DNA of 47,845 nt from Candidatus Micrarchaeota archaeon (GTDB taxonomy: Archaea > Micrarchaeota > Micrarchaeia > Anstonellales > Bilamarchaeaceae): NCBI GenBank assembly GCA_043816005.1, contig JBDRIM010000018.1:1-47845 (forward strand). Reading direction: 5' to 3'. The translations under genes and the position numbers were made by a program. Positions 1 to 9,475 of this stretch are shown here, piece by piece (the stretch's first letter is position 1; each line of letters starts with the position of its first letter). The notes beneath the pieces were generated by a model. That model did not search any database, was not told the DNA's origin, and saw only the letters and a program-made list of their open reading frames with translations.

Positions 1-95
1 GTTTTGCCAGCTTGTCTTGGGCCCACTAATGCAGTAACGGAGTAAAGTGGAGATGTAGAGATGAATTTTTCGAGGATATCCCGTTCTGCATACAT
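1..95 (-). CDS. AAA_14/DUF4143-family ATP-binding protein, N-terminus only (runs off the window)
   Basis: Manual translation from ATG at 95: MYAERDILEKFISTSPLYSVTALVGPRQAGKT, with a GPRQxGKT Walker A motif. Not in the ORF track because it is truncated. Confidence 0.75.
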   Translation of the reverse strand, partial: MYAERDILEKFISTSPLYSVTALVGPRQAGK

Positions 96-222
96 GTAGA
101 GGATATTGTCAGTAAAGTATATAAATGTTGCATAAACCTAAAGCAGAGTTTAACTTTAGTATAACTTTTGTTAAAGTAGACTTAAACAAAAGTCTAATTT
201 AGTACCCCAGCAGGATAGTGAA

Positions 223-1371
223 TTATCGCTGGTGCGGTGCCCCACCAAGGTTAAGTTGATCTGAATAAAACGCCACACTATCTTTAATAATATCCACCAC
301 TGTTTTGGTCGGATGCCAACCTGTTTGATTAATGAATTTTGTATTGTCCCCTATAATACCATCCATAACTGCTTCTCCTCGTTCATAAGGACGTAGAAGT
401 TTTTTATCAATGAACATCTCTGTTTTTTCAAGATTTGAAATTCGCAAGGCAAGTTTGGCGTATTCACCCGTAGTAATTCCTTTGCCAGAACATATGTTAT
501 AAGCTTCGCCCCTATTACATTTTTCAACTGCGATGAGTTGTGCGGAGGTAGAATCATAAATATGATTGAAATCACGCACTGCATTCGGATTACCCATTAT
601 CAGTTTGTTGGTTTTTCCATCTAAGCAGTCTTTGAGTTGCACTGAAATCCTTGAAGTAAAATATTGTGAACCACGCCTCGGCCCTTCTTGATTAAAATTT
701 CTAGTAATTACTGTTGGAGTGCGATAGGAATAGAAATAGGATTTACCAACATTTTCAGTAAAAATTTTGGTGGCTGCATATGTGGATGTTGGCCTAAGCT
801 CATTTGTTTCCTTTACAGGGAGTTCTTCCAAAGATTTGACAAAACCATATTGTTCAGATGAACATGCAAGTTGAATTGCTTCTAGATTTTTGTCGTTTTT
901 AGTTACTGCTTCAAGTAAATTCACAGTGCTAACACAGTTGTTTTCAACAACAGAACCTGGTTTTTGTATACCGGCAGGAACAAAAGAGTCTGCAGCTTGA
1001 TGAAAAATAACTTGAGGTTCTACTTTTTTTATAAGCGTCGTAACTTCTTCATAATTACTAAGTTCGATTTTATGTAGTTTGAGATTTGTTGTATTTTTCA
1101 AGTTTGGATAATCTATTTGTTGTCTGATAGTACCGTGAACTTCTGCACCTAAAGAATGTAACAAATCAAATAAGGTGCTGCCAACCATCCCTGCAACTCC
1201 GGTAATAAGAACTCTTTTATTATTCCAGAATTCTTTATTTGGTTTTGTTGAGTTTGATTTGTTGTGAGAATCGAACTGTGTCCCATTATTAATATCAATA
1301 AGAAGACCTGATTTCTTGAGCTGATCGAATTTGTGGGGGGTAAAAACTTCATCAAAAGGTAATAAGTCCAT
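223..1371 (-). CDS. GDP-mannose 4,6-dehydratase/Rmd-like extended SDR with an N-terminal extension
   Basis: ITGVAGMVG Rossmann motif, HQAADSFV, CSSEQYG, YAATK, NQEGPRRG and GNPNAVRDF, all typical of the Gmd/Rmd subfamily. Confidence 0.75.
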   Translation of the reverse strand: MDLLPFDEVFTPHKFDQLKKSGLLIDINNGTQFDSHNKSNSTKPNKEFWNNKRVLITGVAGMVGSTLFDLLHSLGAEVHGTIRQQIDYPNLKNTTNLKLHKIELSNYEEVTTLIKKVEPQVIFHQAADSFVPAGIQKPGSVVENNCVSTVNLLEAVTKNDKNLEAIQLACSSEQYGFVKSLEELPVKETNELRPTSTYAATKIFTENVGKSYFYSYRTPTVITRNFNQEGPRRGSQYFTSRISVQLKDCLDGKTNKLIMGNPNAVRDFNHIYDSTSAQLIAVEKCNRGEAYNICSGKGITTGEYAKLALRISNLEKTEMFIDKKLLRPYERGEAVMDGIIGDNTKFINQTGWHPTKTVVDIIKDSVAFYSDQLNLGGAPHQR

Positions 1372-1524
1372 AAAAGAGCCTCATAGATAGCATGTATAAC
1401 TAAACATTAATAAAAACTATAAACACCACCAACGAACTAAAAAACCGGAAGGAGGTTAGGTTAATTTCTTGAATGGATTTTAGAATTATAATTTTATTTC
1501 GCATTTGAATGTGTTGATTTGGAC

Positions 1525-2421
1525 TCAGTATTGATCCAAGGATATTTTATCGTAATTGAGTGCGTTTTTATTATTATTATACCAGGCGTAAAGTTCATGG
1601 ATGCCATCGTCGATATTGGTGAATTTCAGATTTTTAATCTCTTCTTTGAGCCTAGTATTATCCCCACTATATTCTGGGTTCTCCCCTGGATTTTTTACTA
1701 GAATATCAACCCGTTTTCCGGATATATCTCTGACTTTGTGCGCAAGGGTTAGAAGATCGATGGATTTGTCAGGCGTGACATTATAGAACTTGTACTGGCC
1801 ATTGTTTTCAATAAAATGATCAATAATCTTGACCAGGTCATTGATATAGAGATAGTCAAAGGATACATTCTTATTGGTGATAACTATAGGCAAGTCAAAT
1901 ATGGCTTTGCATATGGCATTTGAAATGAATCGAATCTCATAGTCTTCATACTTACCATAACAACCAAATATTCTCAATACAACCGAGTCATCCATTTTTT
2001 CGATATACTTCGAACAGACGTATTTATAGAATCCATAACTGTCCACGGGAATATGATTATCAAAATAAGACTCTTTCATTTTAGGAAGGTAGTTGAGCTT
2101 ATCATATTCAGCACCACTACCAAGTTGAATAAACTTCTTGAAATATTTTTTACAACGAACCACATTGAAAAAAAATTTTAGGTTTTTCTCCACATTGTTT
2201 TCCAGGTTCTCTGTTTTTTTTCTAGTCCCGCCCCAATTGGCGGCATGAATCACAGCATCAAATGAGTGAGATTTTATATAATCCTCAACTGCATCTGTAT
2301 CCTCAAGTTCAAGCTCTCCGTGTGATGGTGCATATAAATTGTATTTTTCTGATAACTGCTCATATAAGTTCTTTCCTACGAACCCAGCACCTCCAGTCAA
2401 AAAAATATCTTTCTTCGTCAT
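1525..2421 (-). CDS. NAD(P)-dependent sugar-nucleotide reductase/epimerase (extended SDR; putative YerF-like branch reductase)
   Basis: TGGAGFVG, GSGAEY, YGFYK; directly downstream of the ThDP enzyme in the same operon. Confidence 0.75.
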   Translation of the reverse strand: MTKKDIFLTGGAGFVGKNLYEQLSEKYNLYAPSHGELELEDTDAVEDYIKSHSFDAVIHAANWGGTRKKTENLENNVEKNLKFFFNVVRCKKYFKKFIQLGSGAEYDKLNYLPKMKESYFDNHIPVDSYGFYKYVCSKYIEKMDDSVVLRIFGCYGKYEDYEIRFISNAICKAIFDLPIVITNKNVSFDYLYINDLVKIIDHFIENNGQYKFYNVTPDKSIDLLTLAHKVRDISGKRVDILVKNPGENPEYSGDNTRLKEEIKNLKFTNIDDGIHELYAWYNNNKNALNYDKISLDQY

Positions 2422-2432
2422 AGTATCACCTT

Positions 2433-4229
2433 TCAGATATTCGTTTCCTCTTGATATGTCTTCCTATCTAGAAATGGGTACATATCATCGAACAAACGTG
2501 CTACTAATCTACCATCAGGTAGTTTATCTGATGCAACCCGCGGGATAATTAATTGGTTTGTGGGGGTCATTATTTCGCAGATTTGTTGTTCTGTAGATTC
2601 CAAAACTTTTTTTAATACGGTATCAAGCTCAGATACCTTGTTTAATCGAGTGAATGGTATCCCATATGCATGTGCAATTTTTTCTAAATCTGGACAGCTT
2701 AGTCCGGTCTTTGGACTCTCACCTACGAGTCTCCCTTCCATGAAATTGTTTTGAGTGTGTCTTATCAGTAGATATCCATCATTATTCAATACGAATAATT
2801 TTATGGGTAGTTTATTGTATACAATTGTCTGTAGTTCTTGGAGATTCATCTGTAAAGATCCATCTCCAGTTATTGCAATTACTCGACCAGATTGTTTGGC
2901 AACGCACACCCCAATTGCAGCAGGCACTGCATACCCCATAGTAGAAAGACCCCCAGTAGTTATGTATCGCTCCCCTTTCTTGATCTTTATGGCTTGAGAT
3001 ACCACATGAAAACAGGAACTGGTATCTACCACAACAGTATCATCCTTTTTTAGGTGTTCTGAGAGTTTTTCAACAAAATAATATGAGTTTACCCCATCCG
3101 TGTCATCTGAATATTCTGGCAACACCACAGGATATTTTTTTTTCCATTCGTTGCATTTTTCTACCCAACCTACATATCTTTTCGGATCGATATCGCTCGA
3201 ATCAGTTGATAATTTTTTCAGGAATAACATCGCATCGCTTTTTATCTTTACTGTCGCTTCTGCCATTACTGGTTTTTTCAATTCGGACTCGTCTATATCT
3301 ACTACTATGATTTTGGCATTCTTTGCAAATTCTTTATAGTTATGTCCTATAAGAGGCGAGTGTAGTCTACATCCCACTACGATTAATAGATCTGTTTGCT
3401 GTACTGCAAAGTTAGCAGCCCGTTCTCCATATGTTCCAGGCCGCCCTACAGACATCTTACTGTTGGATTCTATACAATCTATCCCTAATCTGGAAGTAAT
3501 AATTGGTATCTGCAACTTCTCTGAAATCTGTACTGCAATAGTTACGGCCTTTGCAAGCCTTACTCCATGCCCAAATAAGAATAGTGGTTTTTTGGATATT
3601 TTTAACAGATCTAAAAGAACTTGCACCTTCCGATTTAGTTCAGAATCTGTTGGTTGTTCGTTCTCTGCTGTGAACCCTTTCAATTCATGAGGATCAATTA
3701 AAACGCCCTGCACATCCAGAGGTATCTCTATCCATACCGGACCAGGCCTTCCGGATTTTGCAATATATACTGCTTTTTCTAGGTGGAACCTTATCTCCAT
3801 TGGGTCGGTTATAGTTACTGCATATTTCGTAACCTTCTCGAAAAGTGGTAATGTTTCAAACCCCTGAGTTCCTGATTGACGAACATCACCAAATTTAATA
3901 TCTTTAGTCTTTGTCTGTCCCGTTATTACCATACACGGAATAGAATCGAAATGTGCTCCAACCACTCCTGTTAGAGTATTAGTTGCACCAGGTCCGGCAG
4001 TAACGCAGGCAACACCTAGGCTTCCGTTCTCTCTGGCATAACCCTCTGCAGCCATGACTAACGCCTGTTCATGATGCATACAGGTATATTTTAAGCTAGG
4101 GTGGTTTGCTATAGCATCTACAAGATGCATACTAAATCCCCCAACGATCATAAATACATTTTTTACTCCCTGGTCTGAGATGAAATTTGCAACATAATCA
4201 GATACTCTAATTAAATTTTTTTCATTCAT
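2433..4229 (-). CDS. ThDP-dependent acetolactate-synthase-like enzyme (YerE-like carboligase)
   Basis: HHEQA, TAGPGATN, SGRPGPVWIEIPLD, GLSTMGY, GDGS...NN ThDP motif. Start moved to ATG 4229 (MNEKNLIRVSDY), 11 nt after the aldolase stop. Confidence 0.85.
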   Translation of the reverse strand: MNEKNLIRVSDYVANFISDQGVKNVFMIVGGFSMHLVDAIANHPSLKYTCMHHEQALVMAAEGYARENGSLGVACVTAGPGATNTLTGVVGAHFDSIPCMVITGQTKTKDIKFGDVRQSGTQGFETLPLFEKVTKYAVTITDPMEIRFHLEKAVYIAKSGRPGPVWIEIPLDVQGVLIDPHELKGFTAENEQPTDSELNRKVQVLLDLLKISKKPLFLFGHGVRLAKAVTIAVQISEKLQIPIITSRLGIDCIESNSKMSVGRPGTYGERAANFAVQQTDLLIVVGCRLHSPLIGHNYKEFAKNAKIIVVDIDESELKKPVMAEATVKIKSDAMLFLKKLSTDSSDIDPKRYVGWVEKCNEWKKKYPVVLPEYSDDTDGVNSYYFVEKLSEHLKKDDTVVVDTSSCFHVVSQAIKIKKGERYITTGGLSTMGYAVPAAIGVCVAKQSGRVIAITGDGSLQMNLQELQTIVYNKLPIKLFVLNNDGYLLIRHTQNNFMEGRLVGESPKTGLSCPDLEKIAHAYGIPFTRLNKVSELDTVLKKVLESTEQQICEIMTPTNQLIIPRVASDKLPDGRLVARLFDDMYPFLDRKTYQEETNI

Positions 4230-4239
4230 GGTGTTCACT

Positions 4240-5259
4240 TTACATTTCCCCCAGATTGCGTTTTTTTGCAAGTTCCGCTGCCACATCTACAATGTAGTCT
4301 TCCTGCCCTGCTACGATTTTCCTTTTTCCCAATTCCATGAGTATGTCCCTTGGATCGACATTGAATTGTTTTCCAACCTTTTCTGCGATAGGACAGAATC
4401 CTGAGAAGACTCCTGCAAGCCCACTAGCGAGACTGGTTCTGCTAATAACTTGTGGTTTTTTCATGAATTTCGCAACTATATCTTCGCTGTTATCCATAGC
4501 CCTATAAAGATTAATATCCGTTTGGATCCCCATTTTATGGAGTATACTAACAAAAACTTCAAGCTGACAATTCCCTGCTCCGGCTCCCAGTCCTCTAGAG
4601 GTAGTATCTATCATGGAAGCACCAGACTCAAAGGCAACCAAAGAATTAGATATCGCAAGTCCAAGATTATTATGGGCATGGAAACCAACATGAATGCTAA
4701 GCCCATCTACTAAAGTAGATACCTTCTCCTTGACATCCTGAGTGAGATATACCCCTGCAGAATCCATTAGTAGTACACCCCAAGCACCATATTCCTGCAT
4801 CTTTGCTGCCTGTTCGAGTAATTCTTTTGACTGAAGCATGTGAGACATCATCAACACACCTATTGACTGGACTCCAGAGTTCTTTAGATAACGAATGTGC
4901 GTCTCGGTTACATCTGCTTCGGAACAGTGTGAAGCTACGAACACGGTTTGCGCCCCTAGTACAAGTGCAGGTTCGAGATCATTTTTGATTGTCCCAAAAC
5001 CAGGAATTATAAATACACCGAGATGAGTGTTTTTAAGCTGACTTTTGGTTAGAGCAATGATTTCTTGATCTGAAATGGCACTTTTTCCCAATTGTATAGA
5101 AGATGCACCCAAGCCATTACCATGACCAACCACCATGAGTGGAATGCGAGCCTCTTCTGCACCCTTAGCATAATCAATGAAATTTTCCTTAGTAAGCTGA
5201 TGCCGCATCGCATGAGAACCATCTCTTAATGTCGAGTCTATAATAAGGGGTTTTTCCAT
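4240..5259 (-). CDS. 4-hydroxy-2-oxovalerate aldolase (DmpG/MhpE family)
   Basis: DSTLRDGSH, GHGNGLGASS, HCSEAD, GFHAHNNLG, GLGAGAGN, C-terminal LG.RK.VAGQED. Start ATG 5259 with GGTGAG RBS. Confidence 0.9.
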   Translation of the reverse strand: MEKPLIIDSTLRDGSHAMRHQLTKENFIDYAKGAEEARIPLMVVGHGNGLGASSIQLGKSAISDQEIIALTKSQLKNTHLGVFIIPGFGTIKNDLEPALVLGAQTVFVASHCSEADVTETHIRYLKNSGVQSIGVLMMSHMLQSKELLEQAAKMQEYGAWGVLLMDSAGVYLTQDVKEKVSTLVDGLSIHVGFHAHNNLGLAISNSLVAFESGASMIDTTSRGLGAGAGNCQLEVFVSILHKMGIQTDINLYRAMDNSEDIVAKFMKKPQVISRTSLASGLAGVFSGFCPIAEKVGKQFNVDPRDILMELGKRKIVAGQEDYIVDVAAELAKKRNLGEM

Positions 5260-5263
5260 ATAC

Positions 5264-6136
5264 TCACCTACTGAGATTCTTTTTTGCGCGTTCTTCTGCG
5301 ACACTAACTGCAGCACATGTGATTATATCTAAGTTTCCTGCATATGCAGGTAGATAATCTCCCCTACCCACAATTTCATTCATTATTGTAACTACACCAT
5401 CCTCATATATTGGACCAAGGAAAAGATTATAACCTGGGATATAATGTTTCATCTTTTTGACCATCTCTTTGATGCGCAAGGCAAGTAATGGGATGTCTAC
5501 ATCCATACTAGTTTCTACATAGGTAGTATTATGCATATTTATTGGTGGTATTGCAGGATTTATGTTAAGTATTACTTTAGCGTTTTTTACACCCGAAAAC
5601 TTACAAATAGCATCTTGAGTGGTTTGTACATAATTGTCAATATTAAGACGGGTTGCAGGGCCAGCAGATTTTGAGGCTATTGCAGTTACATTTTCGATAT
5701 ACTCTATTTTCGGATAGAGTTGTTTGACTACATAAGCTATGGGAATTGTAGCCTGCCCACCGCAACTGATTAGATTGACTTCTGATTTATCTAAAACCTC
5801 ATTTAGGTTTAATACTGGAACACACAACTCCCCAGTTTTAGATGGAGTAAGATTCACAATGAATTTTTTGAGTTGTCTGAGAGCAACATCATTTTGAAGA
5901 TGAAACTCTGCATTTGTTGCATCAAATAGAATATCAAAAGTATTTGTATTTTCTTTCAGCGAAACCAAAGAATTGGTGGATACTGAAACACCTATAGAAC
6001 GGGCATATGCTAAACCAGGACTTTCTCGTCTTCCTACAAATAAAGAACATTCTAGCAAATCAGAACGTTGTACTTTTGCCAAAAGATCGCAACCTATGTT
6101 TCCGGTGCCTAATATAGCGACTTTAGTTTTGTCCAT
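5264..6136 (-). CDS. Acetaldehyde dehydrogenase (acylating), DmpF/MhpF family
   Basis: GTGNIGCDL, FDAT, NLISCGGQATIP with the catalytic Cys, SAGPATRLNID, GDYLPAYAGNLDI. Confidence 0.9.
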   Translation of the reverse strand: MDKTKVAILGTGNIGCDLLAKVQRSDLLECSLFVGRRESPGLAYARSIGVSVSTNSLVSLKENTNTFDILFDATNAEFHLQNDVALRQLKKFIVNLTPSKTGELCVPVLNLNEVLDKSEVNLISCGGQATIPIAYVVKQLYPKIEYIENVTAIASKSAGPATRLNIDNYVQTTQDAICKFSGVKNAKVILNINPAIPPINMHNTTYVETSMDVDIPLLALRIKEMVKKMKHYIPGYNLFLGPIYEDGVVTIMNEIVGRGDYLPAYAGNLDIITCAAVSVAEERAKKNLSR

Positions 6137-6330
6137 AAATTCACATTTTTAATCCAAAGATTCGGATGCGATTAGTTAGAATATAGGTAAATTGATAAAA
6201 ATAGTATAGCTTAACAGTTCCTAGGAATTTATTTAGCAACTAGAGTAGACTTTGTTCAAAGTACATATATATTATTAACAGAATTGGAATAAGAGAATTA
6301 AGAGTGAGAAATATGGTTTCGTTAACAGGT

Positions 6331-7113
6331 ATGAAAGCAGTAATTTTATGTGGTGGACAAGGAACAAGACTTAGAGAGGAAACTGAATACAAACCTAAAC
6401 CTATGGTAGTAGTAGGTGGAATGCCAATTATATGGCATATAATGAAGATTTATTCGCACTATGGCATCAAGGATTTTGTGCTATGCCTTGGGTACAAAGG
6501 GGAAATTATAAAACAATATTTTCTTAACCATGAGATTCTTAATCGTGATTTCACGATAAATTTGAAAACTGGAAAGTACGTGGTCTGTAATCAATCTGAT
6601 GATATAGAAGATTGGAATGTAACACTGGTAGATACTGGAACCGACACTATGACAGGTGCTAGAATAAAAAAAATAGAACGATATGTAGAAGGAGACGAAT
6701 TTATGCTCACATATGGAGATGGAGTATCGAATGTTAATATTGAAGAACTTTTGAATTATCATAGAAAAAAGAAAACAATCGGAACATTAACCGGAGTAAA
6801 TCCACAATCTAGATTTGGAATGGTAAAAACTGATCAGAACGATGTAGTTACAGAATTTGTAGAAAAACCAGTTTTGTTTGATGATTATGTAAATGGTGGA
6901 TTTTATGTTTTCAAAAAAGATATGTTTGACCACTTGACTGAAGATGAACAGTGTGTACTTGAAACCAAACCATTAGTCGCACTCGCTCAAAAGAAACAGC
7001 TATCGATGTATAAACATAAAGGATTTTGGCATTGTATGGATACCTATCGTGATTACCTTGATCTTAATTCCATATGGGATTCAGGAAAAGTTCCGTGGAA
7101 GGTATGGAAATGA
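6331..7113 (+). CDS. rfbF: Glucose-1-phosphate cytidylyltransferase
   Basis: MKAVILCGGQGTRLREETEYKPKPM, CLGYKG, VDTG.DTMTGAR, LTYGDG, GFWHCMDT, C-terminal PWKVW. Confidence 0.93.
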   Translation: MKAVILCGGQGTRLREETEYKPKPMVVVGGMPIIWHIMKIYSHYGIKDFVLCLGYKGEIIKQYFLNHEILNRDFTINLKTGKYVVCNQSDDIEDWNVTLVDTGTDTMTGARIKKIERYVEGDEFMLTYGDGVSNVNIEELLNYHRKKKTIGTLTGVNPQSRFGMVKTDQNDVVTEFVEKPVLFDDYVNGGFYVFKKDMFDHLTEDEQCVLETKPLVALAQKKQLSMYKHKGFWHCMDTYRDYLDLNSIWDSGKVPWKVWK

Positions 7114-8174
7114 ATTTTAACGGAAAAAAGATTTTGATAACCGGCCATACTGGATTCAAAGGGAGCTGGCTGACCCAAGTTCTGCTAAATAGCGGTGCTA
7201 ACATTGTTGGGTATTCCCTTCCACCAAATACTCAACCAAATCTATTTAACATATTAGAATTGGAGAGAAAAACAAAAACATATTTTGCAGATATACGAGA
7301 TTATGCAAAAGTTTTGGAAGTTATGAAAACAGAAAAACCAGAAATCGTGATTCATATGGCTGCGCAGCCTTTAGTAAGGGACAGTTACGATGATCCGATT
7401 TACACCTATCAAACCAACGTTATGGGAACTGTAAATGTGCTTCAGGCTATCAGGGAAACCAGTTCAACAAAAGCCGCTGTGGTGGTGACAACTGATAAAG
7501 TTTATGAGAATAAAAACACTAAAAAACCCTACAAAGAGGATGACGAACTTGGAGGGTATGATCCATACAGTGCTTCCAAAGTCTGTGCGGAATTAGTAAC
7601 AAAATCATATATTAGATCATTCTTCAATCCGTCTGATTATGGAACCAAACATAACACATTAGTTTGTTCTGTAAGGGCAGGGAATGTGATTGGTGGCGGG
7701 GATTGGTCAAAAGATAGGCTCATTCCCGATATAGTGCGGGCTATTTTTGAAAAAAATGAAAAAGTGATTCTGAGAAATCCAAAATCCACAAGACCATGGC
7801 AGCATGTTTTGGATCCTCTGTGGGGCTATCTTCTCCTAGCTCAGGGACTTTACAATGGAAGAAAGGACTTGGCAACTGCCTGGAATTTTGCACCTGATGA
7901 GAATAATATCACAGTGGAAGAAATAGTCAAGAAAGCAGTAACCATCGTAGGTAAAGGAAGTTATAGTGTTGAACATGATAAAACAAAACACGAAATGAGA
8001 ATGCTTTCGTTAGATGCAGGCAAAGCCAAGAAAAACCTGGCCTGGAGACCAAAACTGGATAATAACGATGCTATGAACTGGACTTTTGGATGGTATCGTG
8101 AATATTACAACAAAGGGGATATTGTCAGCCTGACTAATAAACAAACCACAGAGTATATTTCTAGGAAGGGGTAA
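7110..8174 (+). CDS. rfbG: CDP-glucose 4,6-dehydratase
   Basis: TGHTGFKGSWL, HMAAQPLVRDSY, TTDKVY, DPYSASK, RAGNVIGGGDW, RPWQHVL; ATGA overlap with the rfbF stop. Confidence 0.93.
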   Translation: MNFNGKKILITGHTGFKGSWLTQVLLNSGANIVGYSLPPNTQPNLFNILELERKTKTYFADIRDYAKVLEVMKTEKPEIVIHMAAQPLVRDSYDDPIYTYQTNVMGTVNVLQAIRETSSTKAAVVVTTDKVYENKNTKKPYKEDDELGGYDPYSASKVCAELVTKSYIRSFFNPSDYGTKHNTLVCSVRAGNVIGGGDWSKDRLIPDIVRAIFEKNEKVILRNPKSTRPWQHVLDPLWGYLLLAQGLYNGRKDLATAWNFAPDENNITVEEIVKKAVTIVGKGSYSVEHDKTKHEMRMLSLDAGKAKKNLAWRPKLDNNDAMNWTFGWYREYYNKGDIVSLTNKQTTEYISRKG

Positions 8175-8175
8175 A

Positions 8176-9475
8176 ATGGACCGCAAAGAAATACTTGAAC
8201 TTGTAAGAAAATTTGTCAAACAGAGAGAGGTAGAAAAATTTATACCTGGCAAAACAAAAATTCCATATGCAGGCAGGGTTTATGATGAGGATGAGGTAGT
8301 AACCTTGGTTGATAGTGCATTGGATTTTGGCTTACTGCTGGAAGATATGCTACTCAATTTGAAACAGAATTTTCACAATTTTTCGGTACGAAATATTGCC
8401 TATTGACTAATTCTGGTTCATCTGCAAATCTTTTGGCGCTTTCTGCACTTACTGGAAATGCACTTGGTAAAGAAAAACTCAAAAAAGGAGATAACGTGAT
8501 AACCTGTGCCACTGGATTTCCAACGACATTAAATCCAATATTCCAAAACCAACTAACACCAGTTTTCGTAGACGTTGAACTTGGAACTTACAATCCGATC
8601 CCAGAACAGATAGAAGAGGCCGCGGAAAAGGCGCAGAAGCGATAATGATTGCGCACACGCTTGGAAATCCGTTTGATTTGGAAACAGTAATGAAAGTTGC
8701 AAAAAAACATAATCTTTATGTTATAGAGGATTGTTGTGATGCAGTTGGAGCGGAATTTGATGGAAAACCAGTAGGCACTTTTGGAGATATCGCAACCGTG
8801 AGTTTTTTCCCTAGTCATCATATGACGATGGGAGAGGGCGGAGCAGTGATGACGTCAAATGCGGTTTATAAAAAACTGATTGAATCATTTAGGGACTGGG
8901 GAAGAAACTGTTGGTGTCCACCTGGCCAAGATAACACATGTAAAAAAAGATTTGGATGGAAACTTGGCGAATTGCCATATGGATATGATCACAAATACAC
9001 CTATTCGAATATTGGGTATAATTTGAAAGTAACGGATATGCAGGCAGCAGTTGGGGTAGCCCAACTGAAAAAACTGCCAGAATTCATAAGAAAGAGAAGA
9101 GAGAATTTTGATTATTTCTTAAAAGCATTTGGTGAATACGAAGAATTTTTCATACTACCAAAAAAACACCCAAAAGCAGACCCAAGCCCGTTCGGATTTA
9201 CATTAACAGTGAAAAAGGATGCACCATTTACAAAAAACCAGATTGTTGAATATTTAGAATCTAAAGGGATAGCAACTAGAATGCTTTTTGCGGGGAATTT
9301 GACGAGGCAGCCCGCATATGCTGGACTGGAATTTGATAAGATAGGGCCGTTGACCAATTCCGATATTGTTATGAACGACACGTTCTGGTTCGGGGTTTAT
9401 CCTGGGCTTAGTGATGAAATGAGAGGATATATTACAGAGACCTTCTTGCAATTTGTCAAAGAAAGAACTAGGTAA
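8176..9475 (+). pseudogene. rfbH: CDP-4-keto-6-deoxyglucose 3-dehydrase (E1, RfbH/DdhC) interrupted by two apparent 1-nt deletions (pseudogene or sequencing error)
   Basis: ORFs 8176-8406, 8403-8645 and 8645-9475 join into one 433-aa protein if one T is added at 8325-8328 (restores DFWLTAGRY) and one A at 8626-8629 (restores [15 protein letters not shown]). Motifs [21 protein letters not shown] (His in place of the PLP Lys), CWCPPGQDNTC, GYDHKYTY. Confidence 0.9.

Noticed and set aside
2433..4229. ilvB for branched-chain amino acid synthesis
   Set aside because: No ilvN/H, ilvC or ilvD nearby; position between the aldolase and a sugar SDR fits a YerE-like role better.
4240..6136. Aromatic meta-cleavage catabolic operon
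   Set aside because: No dioxygenase, hydrolase or hydratase genes; the context is entirely sugar-nucleotide biosynthesis.
8176..8645. Naturally split three-subunit RfbH
   Set aside because: Break points are single-base losses in homopolymers that produce out-of-frame junk tails and drop part of the conserved sequence; the apparent start/stop overlaps are coincidental.
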